Source: Thermoplasmata archaeon (GTDB lineage Archaea; Thermoplasmatota; E2; UBA202; JdFR-43). From it: a stretch of 24,000 nt of DNA. The position numbers and the translations under genes are program-made. A model generated the notes under the pieces. It was not told the origin of the DNA and made no database searches. It saw only the letters and a list, made by a program, of their open reading frames with translations. The stretch is taken from assembly GCA_021162815.1 (NCBI GenBank), contig JAGGXW010000006.1:9504-33503 (forward strand), in the 5' to 3' direction. Positions 16,499 through 24,000 of the stretch are shown here, one piece after another; within the stretch, counting starts at the first letter, position 1, and each line of letters opens with the position of its first letter.

Positions 16499-17038
16499 AT
16501 GAGGGCATTTATAGCCATAGATGTTGAAAGTGAGGAAATGAAAAAACTGCTTCATGATTTGAGAGGAATAAAGGCGAGAATAAAAACTGTTGAAGATAAA
16601 AATATTCATCTCACATTAAAATTTCTTGGAGAAATAGATGAGAATATGGTGGAGAATGTAAAAAATGCAATGAAAAAATCTGTTGAGGGTGAGAAACCTT
16701 TCATTGCTGAATTAAATGGAGTGGGAGTATTTCCGAATATCAATTACATGAGGGTTATATGGGTAGGTTTCAAAGACGATGGAACAATCAAAAGAATTCA
16801 GCAGAGACTTGATGAGGAATTGCAGAAATATTCTTTCAAAAAAGAGAAGGACTTTGTGCCCCATGTAACAATTGCTAGGGTAAAAGGAAGAGAGGGAAAG
16901 GAAAATTTAAAGAAGTTTGTGGAGTATAATATGAGTAAAAGTTTTGGCACGATTAACTGCGATTCAATAAAGTTGAAGAAAAGTACATTGACAAGAGAAG
17001 GACCAATATATGAAGACATATATGAGATAAAACTATGA
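16499..17038 (+). CDS. thpR: RNA 2',3'-cyclic phosphodiesterase (2H family, LigT/ThpR)
   Basis: Two HxTx motifs (HLTLKFLG and HVTIARV). The ATG at 16499 (MRAFIAIDV) gives the typical ~180-aa protein. The 25-codon upstream extension in the ORF track (from 16424) overlaps A/T-rich promoter sequence (AAATATTAAAAA, about 16472-16483). Confidence 0.85.
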   Translation: MRAFIAIDVESEEMKKLLHDLRGIKARIKTVEDKNIHLTLKFLGEIDENMVENVKNAMKKSVEGEKPFIAELNGVGVFPNINYMRVIWVGFKDDGTIKRIQQRLDEELQKYSFKKEKDFVPHVTIARVKGREGKENLKKFVEYNMSKSFGTINCDSIKLKKSTLTREGPIYEDIYEIKL

Positions 17039-18348
17039 AGGAGATACTGAATGAGGTAATGGAAAGGATAGTTCCATCAGCCGAAGAGGAGAATAGATTA
17101 AATAAAGTTGTCAAGGAACTGGAAGGAAAGATAAAAAAATATGTACCCAAGGATGCAGAAATAATGCTTGTTGGCTCCGTTGCAAAGGGAACATGGCTCA
17201 AAAATTCTCTGGACATTGATTTCTTTATCCTCTTTCCACTAAGATGGAATAAAAGGGAGATGGAGAAAGTTGTTCTGGATACAGGAAAAAAAGTTCTTGA
17301 TAAAATATGGATCCAATACGCAGAGCATCCATATGTGAGGGGATACTACAAAAATTACAGGGTTGACATAGTGCCGAGTTATAAAATAAAGAGTATAACA
17401 GAAATGAAAAGCTCTGTTGACAGAACACCATTCCATACTGAATTTATAAGGAAGAATATGGATGACAAACTAAAAAATGATGCAAGACTTCTCAAGCAAT
17501 TCATGAAGGGAATAGGATGTTATGGGGCGGAGGCAAAAGTGGAGGGTTTTTCTGGCTATCTTGTTGAACTTCTGATAATAAAATATGGTGGCTTCTTAAA
17601 TGTTCTCAAAGCGGCGATTAAATGGGGAAAAAAGGTATATCTGACAATAAATGGAGATGGAAAAAAATTCAGTGATAGATTTGTATTCATTGATCCCGTC
17701 GACCTGTCCCGCAATGTGGCCGCCGCCCTGTCGGAGGAGAAACTGGAGTTATTTATCTCAGCAGCAAGGGATTTTTTGAATGAACCAAGCATTAAATTTT
17801 TCTTTCCTCCTCCCCCTCCAAAGATAGATGATGACATACTTGAAAAAAAGCTTGGGAATTTCATAGGAATATGCTTTAAAAAGCCGGATATCGTTGATGA
17901 TGTGCTCTATCCCCAGTTAAAAAAGGCTGCATCAAATATCTCATCCTTGTTTTTCAGTCATGATTTTAAGGTTGTAAGGAAAGCATTTCATGCTGATGGA
18001 AGTGCATTTATTGCGGTGGAACTTGAAAGCAAGAATATAGAAGATAAAAAACTGCATATGGGACCACCTCTTAAATCCAAAAAACACGTGGAATCATTCA
18101 TTAAAAGATGGGAGAATGATGAACATGCAATAGGAAAACCATTTGAAAAAGATGGAAGAATGTGGATATGGGTGAGAAGAGAATACACAGATGCCAGGAA
18201 ATTGTTAAAAGATAAAATAAAGGATGTTCGTCTCGGAAAGCATATTGATAAAATAAAGAGTGAGATAAAGATATGTGAAAAGGGATTAAAAAGATATAAA
18301 AAGTACTGGTACGAGTTTTTCTGTCCTCTTCCTCCATGGAAAAGATGA
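17035..18348 (+). CDS. cca: CCA-adding enzyme (archaeal class-I tRNA nucleotidyltransferase)
   Basis: Nucleotidyltransferase motif LVGSVAKGTWLKNSLDIDFFILF, then RTPFHTEFI and AEAKVEGFSGYLVELL. 437 aa. ATGA overlap with thpR. All four tRNA genes in the window lack an encoded CCA. Confidence 0.9.
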   Translation: MKEILNEVMERIVPSAEEENRLNKVVKELEGKIKKYVPKDAEIMLVGSVAKGTWLKNSLDIDFFILFPLRWNKREMEKVVLDTGKKVLDKIWIQYAEHPYVRGYYKNYRVDIVPSYKIKSITEMKSSVDRTPFHTEFIRKNMDDKLKNDARLLKQFMKGIGCYGAEAKVEGFSGYLVELLIIKYGGFLNVLKAAIKWGKKVYLTINGDGKKFSDRFVFIDPVDLSRNVAAALSEEKLELFISAARDFLNEPSIKFFFPPPPPKIDDDILEKKLGNFIGICFKKPDIVDDVLYPQLKKAASNISSLFFSHDFKVVRKAFHADGSAFIAVELESKNIEDKKLHMGPPLKSKKHVESFIKRWENDEHAIGKPFEKDGRMWIWVRREYTDARKLLKDKIKDVRLGKHIDKIKSEIKICEKGLKRYKKYWYEFFCPLPPWKR

Positions 18349-19215
18349 TCAGAGCAGTCCTGCTTTCTGAAGGAGCATCAAATCTTCAGTTGAAAGCTTC
18401 TCTCCCCTCTTAAATCTTTCATATATCTCATCTGCCTTTTTCTGGAGGGCACTCCTTTCTTTGCTTATTTTGTCTATCTTTTCTTTATCCTTAATTTCCT
18501 TTATCTGGCTCTCTATTTCTCTTATTTTCTGTATGTATGTTACAAAATCCTTATGGGCTTTATCGGCACTTATCTTGCTAACTATATAATCCTTCTCAAC
18601 CTTTCTGTACCCCCTTCTGAGTTCTTTAAGTTTTTTTAGGCATTCAAGCATTTCAAGATGTTCTTTCTGCGCTCTTTCCGCAAGTTCTCTAACTTTCTCA
18701 TGCTCTTTATCACTTTTTTGTTTAAGTTCTCTCTCCTTTGCTATAAGTTCCTGTAAATGCTCATCCTGGGCAAGTATCTTTTCCTTCTCTCTTATCTCTC
18801 TATTCAATTTTGCAAGCTGCTCTATAAGTTCTTCCTCTTCTCTTTTACTGAGTTGCTGTGTCATTTGCTTGAATTCAAGAGCATCTCTTTTCTGTTTCAA
18901 TATGTCAATTGGTGTATCATTGGGGAAATAACTCCTTTTTATTTCTCTTATTTTCTTTCTCAGCTCATCCCATTCCTTGTTGAGAGTTCGTCTCTTCTCC
19001 TTGGATTTTGATACCTGCTTATTTATCTCATCTCTCCTTTCCTTATGAAGCAACCTTTCCTTATTATATTTCTCAATTTCTTGGCTTAACTCCCTTTTTT
19101 TTGTTCTCAGTTCTTTGGTTTTCTCGTTAAGCCTCTCTCTCAGCTCCTTTGCCTTGTACAATTTCTTTTTCAGTTCTTCTTTTTGTGCTTCTAGTTCCCT
19201 TATAATTTCATCCAT
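18349..19215 (-). CDS. Conserved-looking archaeal coiled-coil protein of unknown function (COG1340-like by recollection)
   Basis: 288 aa, almost entirely heptad-like K/E/R/L-rich sequence with no enzymatic motif. AGGA SD and a TATA-like element lie upstream. The function is not inferable from the sequence. Confidence 0.5.
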   Translation of the reverse strand: MDEIIRELEAQKEELKKKLYKAKELRERLNEKTKELRTKKRELSQEIEKYNKERLLHKERRDEINKQVSKSKEKRRTLNKEWDELRKKIREIKRSYFPNDTPIDILKQKRDALEFKQMTQQLSKREEEELIEQLAKLNREIREKEKILAQDEHLQELIAKERELKQKSDKEHEKVRELAERAQKEHLEMLECLKKLKELRRGYRKVEKDYIVSKISADKAHKDFVTYIQKIREIESQIKEIKDKEKIDKISKERSALQKKADEIYERFKRGEKLSTEDLMLLQKAGLL

Positions 19216-19245
19216 TATAATTCCTAAATGCGGTATTTATTAAAA

Positions 19246-19276
19246 AATTTCGCTAAAGTTTGTGATAAGCGAAATT
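19246..19276. repeat. Inverted repeat AATTTCGCT-N13-AGCGAAATT in a divergent promoter region
   Basis: The 9-bp perfect arms (19246-19254 and 19268-19276) were read directly. They are flanked on each side by the A/T-rich TATA-like elements of the coiled-coil gene (minus strand) and the peptidase-like gene (plus strand). Confidence 0.4.
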
Positions 19277-19316
19277 ATTATAGGCAATAAAATAATAACA
19301 AGTAAGAGGGATTAAC

Positions 19317-22016
19317 ATGAACAGGAAAAAAATTGCTTTATTACTGGCTGTTATTATGGCGCTTCCTGTATTTACAGGTTGTGTCGAAAAATTTCAAGAG
19401 GTAAATGGATTCAGCATGGCTACTGTTGATGACATTCATTCAGAAAGAAATCAGGATGCAACTCCTGTATTGGCAAGTAAGAATAATCCATTTTATGCCC
19501 TCATAGCTACCCCTGTTTCGCTTTATTATGATGAAGAACATAAAATACATGTAGAGCCCCTTCTCGTGACGAACTTCTCAAATCCTTCCAGGCCTGTTGA
19601 GAGACTGGAAAACATGATTCCAATGTCCTATTATGAGATAAGAAGTGGAAGTGCAGAGAATGTTTCAAAAGCTCTGAGTAGTGTGTGGAAGAAAAGCGAT
19701 GCAGCGATGATAATAGAAGACAGCATGAAGGGATATAAGCTGGGAGTAGCCGCCGTTCCTCTTGCAAGTTATCTCGATATACCCGTTTTTGTCACAAAAA
19801 GCACGAAAAATGTGGAGAGTATATTGAAAAAATTGGGGGTTAAATACACATTTGTGTGCGGAGATGTGGATGGATACGCCACAACTTGGAGATTCAGGAA
19901 TGTAAGAGATATAGAAAATTTCACAATAGATTATCTTAAACACAATTTTGGAGGAGTGAAATACATAACAATAACAAATCCTCTCGATATAACAAGGGTT
20001 AAAGTTCTGAATGAAACAGAATATGAATGGGAGAATGAAACAAGCTCAATTGACATACTTCCAGCTCAGACAATACATGCAATAACCCATGGAATGTTCA
20101 GCATTCATGAGTTCAATGTCCCGGATGATTACAAATATGCTAGAATAAAGATAGACCTGATAAATGAAAATTCTGAAAAGGTGGATGAGCTCGGAGATGA
20201 TTTGATTCTCCTTGTATATGGACCTGATAACGAAACATATGTATATACCTCCACCTCAGCAGGAATACCTGAACTGGAAAACGGAGAGATAGTGAAGGAC
20301 AAGATACATTATGAAACCATTGTATATGGAAAGCCAGGAACATACACGGCTCAGGTGGTTGGAAGATGGGTGGAGAGAGTATCAGGAAAGTATAAGCTGA
20401 AGATAACAATTGAGGAAATAAATGATACAAAACAGCCTCTCATGAAGAATCTGTCCAGCCTTGCCCCATATCTGGCAGCATATCATCAGGGAATGGTGTT
20501 TGCAAGACCAGAGCTTGCATTTGCGAGTAATGAAAGCGTGGGAGTCAAAGGAGTTGTTTACCCATCCACAAATGAGGAGCTTGTTAAACCATGCGATGAG
20601 CATTTGTTTAAAATGCATGAAGAGTTGAATTCCATTCTTGCAAAAATAGCAAATATTTCTGCAGATAATTTAAAAGAATTGCGGGACCACTACGCCAGCA
20701 ATCCACTTTACATTGCCATAATGGCGGACCCAACAATGGTTCCTATGTTCTATTATCATAACCCAGATAGTGATAATATCATAGGTGTTCAGTTGCCAAG
20801 TGATTTCTTCTATGGAGATATTGATCCAAATGAAAATGACTGGGAAAATGATACATATACATATTATCCATTCATGGAGAATGCCGTTGGAAGAGTAACT
20901 GGTTACGATGCGGAAGACTGCTCTGCCCTGATTGCAAGAACTGTCCTCTACAATGACATAATAGATAAACTTGGAGAATGGAAAAATAATGCAACTGTAC
21001 AGACCGGAGCTGGTCTGGAATTCCAGTGGATTCCAGTGCTGAGCTATCTGGCAGGTTTAATTACCGGAAGTGAAGAACCAACAAAATGGCCAAGTGGTGA
21101 AAGCTTATTTGCCAACATGCACATATCAAGTGATATAAAGGAAGGAGGATTCAATGTGAGAAGCACAATACTCACCGCTTCCCAGAGAGAAGGATTTGAG
21201 AATTTGAGGAAAGAGACAAGCAGATTGAATATCCCGTTCCCCGGAGTGATTCAGCTCATAAGCGGTAAACAGATTGTTAAGGGCGGCGAGCTGCAGCGCA
21301 ACAGCAATCTCATATTTGCGTTCAATCACGGAATATATTACATGTATGAGTCCGGAGATATACTCCTCGATGCCAGAGGATTCCCACCTGTAACATGGCT
21401 TGCAAGATTTTTCGAACCTCTTGGCATAATGAGTGGTCTTTCAAGCAAAGGAGGTTATGCGGTAAGATATGTTTACAAGGATGATTATGGACCCAGTGTC
21501 ATATTTGTTGAGAGCTGTATTGTGGGCAGGACAGATGGTCTGCTTCCTCAGAATTGTCTAACACAGGCATACATACATGCGGGAGTGAATTCAATAATAG
21601 CATCAACAAGAGTTACTGCAGATCCTGGATATCTTGAACCTGGTTTGATATTCAAGGGATTTGGTGCAAAAGGATTTATCCATGCATGGCTGAGACTCGC
21701 ACTGAAGGGAGAGTATCCACCTCTTCACTTTGGTGGTGTGGTAGCTCAGGAATTTATAAATGACCTGATAAAGAACGACAGCACGGTAGGAATGGCACTC
21801 AGAGATGCAAAGAATAAATATCTTCCAATAGATGCCAACTCAACATTCCTGTGGACTCCTCCGCTGAGTGGAATAGCAGACTATGATTACAATGGCTACA
21901 CAAAAATGAAATTTGAATATGGAAGATATCTGGATAAGAAATATGTGTGCCTGCATGAATTCAATCTGTATGGAGACCCTGCATTCAACCCATATCAGCC
22001 TGTAAATAACGGCTGA
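19317..22016 (+). CDS. Large secreted/lipid-anchored protein, putative clan-CD cysteine peptidase (gingipain C25-like)
   Basis: Signal peptide ending in the lipobox-like LPVFTGC (Cys22). C25-like core: YIAIMADPTMVPMFYY..SDFFYGDIDPNE..ENAVGRVTGYDAEDCSALIARTV. His-Gly then Cys in the clan-CD order: AFNHG (His671, 21327-21329) and FVESC (Cys734, 21516-21518). The family assignment is from motif pattern only. Confidence 0.45.
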   Translation: MNRKKIALLLAVIMALPVFTGCVEKFQEVNGFSMATVDDIHSERNQDATPVLASKNNPFYALIATPVSLYYDEEHKIHVEPLLVTNFSNPSRPVERLENMIPMSYYEIRSGSAENVSKALSSVWKKSDAAMIIEDSMKGYKLGVAAVPLASYLDIPVFVTKSTKNVESILKKLGVKYTFVCGDVDGYATTWRFRNVRDIENFTIDYLKHNFGGVKYITITNPLDITRVKVLNETEYEWENETSSIDILPAQTIHAITHGMFSIHEFNVPDDYKYARIKIDLINENSEKVDELGDDLILLVYGPDNETYVYTSTSAGIPELENGEIVKDKIHYETIVYGKPGTYTAQVVGRWVERVSGKYKLKITIEEINDTKQPLMKNLSSLAPYLAAYHQGMVFARPELAFASNESVGVKGVVYPSTNEELVKPCDEHLFKMHEELNSILAKIANISADNLKELRDHYASNPLYIAIMADPTMVPMFYYHNPDSDNIIGVQLPSDFFYGDIDPNENDWENDTYTYYPFMENAVGRVTGYDAEDCSALIARTVLYNDIIDKLGEWKNNATVQTGAGLEFQWIPVLSYLAGLITGSEEPTKWPSGESLFANMHISSDIKEGGFNVRSTILTASQREGFENLRKETSRLNIPFPGVIQLISGKQIVKGGELQRNSNLIFAFNHGIYYMYESGDILLDARGFPPVTWLARFFEPLGIMSGLSSKGGYAVRYVYKDDYGPSVIFVESCIVGRTDGLLPQNCLTQAYIHAGVNSIIASTRVTADPGYLEPGLIFKGFGAKGFIHAWLRLALKGEYPPLHFGGVVAQEFINDLIKNDSTVGMALRDAKNKYLPIDANSTFLWTPPLSGIADYDYNGYTKMKFEYGRYLDKKYVCLHEFNLYGDPAFNPYQPVNNG

Positions 22017-22042
22017 TTTTTTCCCTTTTTATTCTTTGTTTT
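22017..22042 (+). terminator. Oligo-T tracts (T6, T5, T3, T4) immediately after the stop of the peptidase-like gene; archaeal intrinsic-terminator-like
   Basis: Sequence TTTTTTCCCTTTTTATTCTTTGTTTT directly follows the TGA at 22014-22016. Archaeal RNAP terminates at T-runs. Confidence 0.35.
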
Positions 22043-22050
22043 AATTTAGT

Positions 22051-22347
22051 TTAATATTCTCTCCATCTGTGCCCGCATTTTGTACATATATATATCCTTG
22101 TTTCCGGCTCATCTGCTGCCCTGGTCTGGCGAAGTATCCAGTAAGCTTCTTCATTGCCGCATTTGGGACATCTAACCTTCGTTTTTGGAAGAAGCTCTAT
22201 GTTCTCCTCAACAATTATCGTTTCTCTTTCCTCTGCCTTTTTAACAACAATATGCTCTTCATCCTTTTTCTTTCTGTACCCACACTTTCTGCATACAAGT
22301 TCATCTCCCTCAGGATAGAGCAAGCTACCGCATTTTGGACAGAACAT
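22051..22347 (-). CDS. tfs: Transcription factor S (TFIIS/RpoM-like transcript cleavage factor)
   Basis: N-terminal Zn ribbon CPKC..CRKC. C-terminal Zn ribbon CPKC..CTKC with the acidic hairpin QTRAADEPETRIY (RSADEP-type). 98 aa. The TTTATTTATA element sits about 20-30 nt upstream of the ATG. Confidence 0.9.
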   Translation of the reverse strand: MFCPKCGSLLYPEGDELVCRKCGYRKKKDEEHIVVKKAEERETIIVEENIELLPKTKVRCPKCGNEEAYWILRQTRAADEPETRIYICTKCGHRWREY

Positions 22348-22543
22348 AATGGACTTAAAAGAGTAGTCTATAAATAAATTTGGTTTGAAAAAGAATCAGG
22401 CAACAAATCTGTCCTACATTATCAGATTCATGTTTCCCAGTTGCTTCATCTTGGTACAGGATTATTTTCAGGTGTTTCCAAAATTCCTCCCTGTATTTGC
22501 CCCATCATTTATGCAATACAAAACTTTTTTAAAAAATCTTGCT

Positions 22544-24000
22544 ATGTATTTGAATAATATGAATAAAATTTTGTTATCCATACTCCTTTTTGCAATTGTC
22601 TTTTCACTGCCGTTTTTCCATACAATGGGCAAAGAGGAGGAAAATTTTATTGAAACTGGAGATGGAAAAGTATTATACGTCGGCGGCTCCGGCCCAGGCA
22701 ACTACTCAACAATACAGGAAGCATTGAACCATGCGGAAGATGGTGATACCATTTTTGTTTATTCTGGTTACTATAAAACGAAGGGATATATGATATTCAT
22801 ATTCAAAAGTATCAGATTGCTCGGAGAGGACAGGCACACAACAATAATAGATAATGATAATACACCCCTCTCATAGAAGCAGTGGCGTAAGAGTAGAAAA
22901 TTTTACAATAAAGAATGGTGGTGTATATAATGATGGACTGCAAATTAATTACGGCAAAAATATTTTTATTCATAATTGCACAGTTTCCAACAGCTATACC
23001 GGAATAAAGGTTGAGGGTTCATCCAATGTTGAAATATCCCATTGCCATCTTTTTCATAACAACGAAAGCATTTTCATTTCAGATTCTTCTAATATTGGGG
23101 TAAAAAATTGCATTTCTTATTCCAATAAGAGAGGGCTTCAAATAAGTACGTCTGTAGATTCCAGCATATCCAACTGTACTTTTAATGGAGAGGGTGTTCT
23201 AATAACAGGAGATGTGGAGAAGATAAATCAATTCATTGTTAACATGAATGATAATTATGTTAACGAGAAACCACTGCTATATTATCATGGAAAGGAACGA
23301 TGTTGTTTTAAATGGAACAGATGCAGGAGAGATTATAATAGTGGATTGCAAAAATTTTGAGATTAAAAACATGGACATATCCGATACGGATGTGGGGATA
23401 GAAATCATAAGAGGAGATGGGATGATAATTCAAAATTGCAGTTTTCATAACAACAATTATAAAGGAATGGAAATGGGAGAAGTCTTTAACAGTCATATAT
23501 CAAACTGTAAGGTTTATAACAATGGTTATAATGGTATTCAATTATCATATGGCAGGGGTAACATAATAAGTGAATGTGATATTTATCTCAATAGTGATAC
23601 AGGAATAGCTTTATCATCCTCTTACGATACCCTGATACCTCGTTGCAATATATATGAAAATACCATGCACGGCATTTCCATTGTTTCCCTCTCCTCTTCC
23701 AATGAGAGAAATAACATTTCATATTGCAACATTTATGACAATGAAAAAGGGGTTTCCGTTTTTTATTCATCTGGTAACGTGATTTACAATGATAATATTT
23801 CCTCCAATAACATTGGCATATCCCTGTGGGGAGGAAGTAAATATAATCTTATACAAATATGCAATATCCATTCCAATCATGAGGGTGTGGAGATAAGAAT
23901 GTATATTATTGAGATATTTTTGATACATGCCCACATGGCCATGGGAGACATGATATACCAAAACAACTTTATCAACAATGATATACACGCCTATTTCTTT
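22544..24000 (+). pseudogene. Signal-peptide right-handed parallel beta-helix (NosD/PbH1-repeat) surface protein, interrupted by two +1 frameshifts; continues beyond the window
   Basis: Three consecutive frames carry one continuous beta-helix protein. Segment 1 runs to TAG 22874-22876 (signal MNKILLSILLFAIVFSLPFF, VLYVGGSGPGNYSTIQEALNHAEDGDTIFV, LLGEDRHTTIID). Segment 2 is 22851-23360 (VENFTIKNGG..). Segment 3 is open from 23248 to 24000 with no stop (DVVLNGTDAGEIIIVDCKNFEIKNMDISDTDVGIEI.. and PbH1-like repeats) and is not in the ORF track. Candidate starts are ATG 22544, ATG 22559 or, less likely, 22430. The TTG at 22385 is unlikely. Confidence 0.7.

Noticed and set aside
22420-22512. C/D-box-like motifs on the minus strand of the tfs/beta-helix spacer (AATGATGG ... 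CCTGA ... GATGAAG ... CTGA)
   Set aside because: The box spacings (about 30, 17 and 18 nt) are far from the tight ~12-nt guide spacing of archaeal C/D sRNAs. The C and C' boxes are degenerate and there is no terminal stem. This is probably chance in A/T-rich sequence. The region may simply be 5' leader or an alternative N-terminus (ATG 22430) of the beta-helix gene.
22874-22876. Possibility that the in-frame TAG ending beta-helix segment 1 is read through (for example as pyrrolysine)
   Set aside because: Continuing past the TAG in the same frame gives SxKQWRKSRKFYNKEWWCI and then a stop, which is not beta-helix-like. The +1 frame continues the repeat protein immediately, so a frameshift explains the break.
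1-24000. Scan for CRISPR arrays, IS/transposase or integrase genes, toxin-antitoxin pairs, restriction-modification or other defence modules, including tRNA-adjacent integration scars
   Set aside because: By eye I found no regularly spaced direct repeats, no recombinase, nuclease or defence-type domains, and no direct repeats of tRNA 3' ends that would mark an integrated element. The only SMC-like ATPase has a CxxC zinc hook and is best read as housekeeping Rad50. An exhaustive repeat search could not be run by hand.

Overview
This is a compact, AT-rich archaeal chromosomal segment. The archaeal hallmarks are transcription factor S, a class-I CCA-adding enzyme, GatD, intron-split tRNA genes without encoded CCA, a PGF-CTERM sorting signal, TATA-box promoters close to start codons, and many 4-nt ATGA start/stop overlaps. 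I support about 21 protein genes, 4 tRNA genes (3 with introns) and one disrupted gene. In order: rad50 (5' end cut by the window), tRNA-Ala, nnr, and a speH-bpsA branched-polyamine operon. Next come a DtxR-family repressor with a TroA/ZnuABC-type metal ABC importer, then tRNA-Asp, then a PKD/PGF-CTERM surface protein with an HAE3/MMPL RND exporter. These are followed by gatD lying divergent from a tandem tRNA-Gln/tRNA-Glu pair, an acdB-like/iorA/iorB aromatic 2-oxoacid operon, and thpR-cca. The window ends with a coiled-coil protein, a large clan-CD (C25-like) putative lipoprotein peptidase, tfs, and a signal-peptide beta-helix (NosD-like) gene broken by two 1-nt frameshifts that runs off the 3' edge. 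The third segment of that gene is missing from the supplied ORF track. I saw no CRISPR array, IS element, integrase, toxin-antitoxin pair or recognisable defence system, so most of the window is housekeeping. The less ordinary parts are the tRNA intron density, the gatD/tRNA-Gln/tRNA-Glu neighbourhood, and the metal regulator with a perfect operator palindrome and non-canonical ligand residues. The envelope gene blocks at 8.4-11.8 kb and 19.3-24 kb are also less ordinary. BpsA, IOR plus ADP-forming ACS, and PGF-CTERM together suggest a thermophilic peptide-fermenting euryarchaeon. That is inference only, and no species assignment is possible without a database search.
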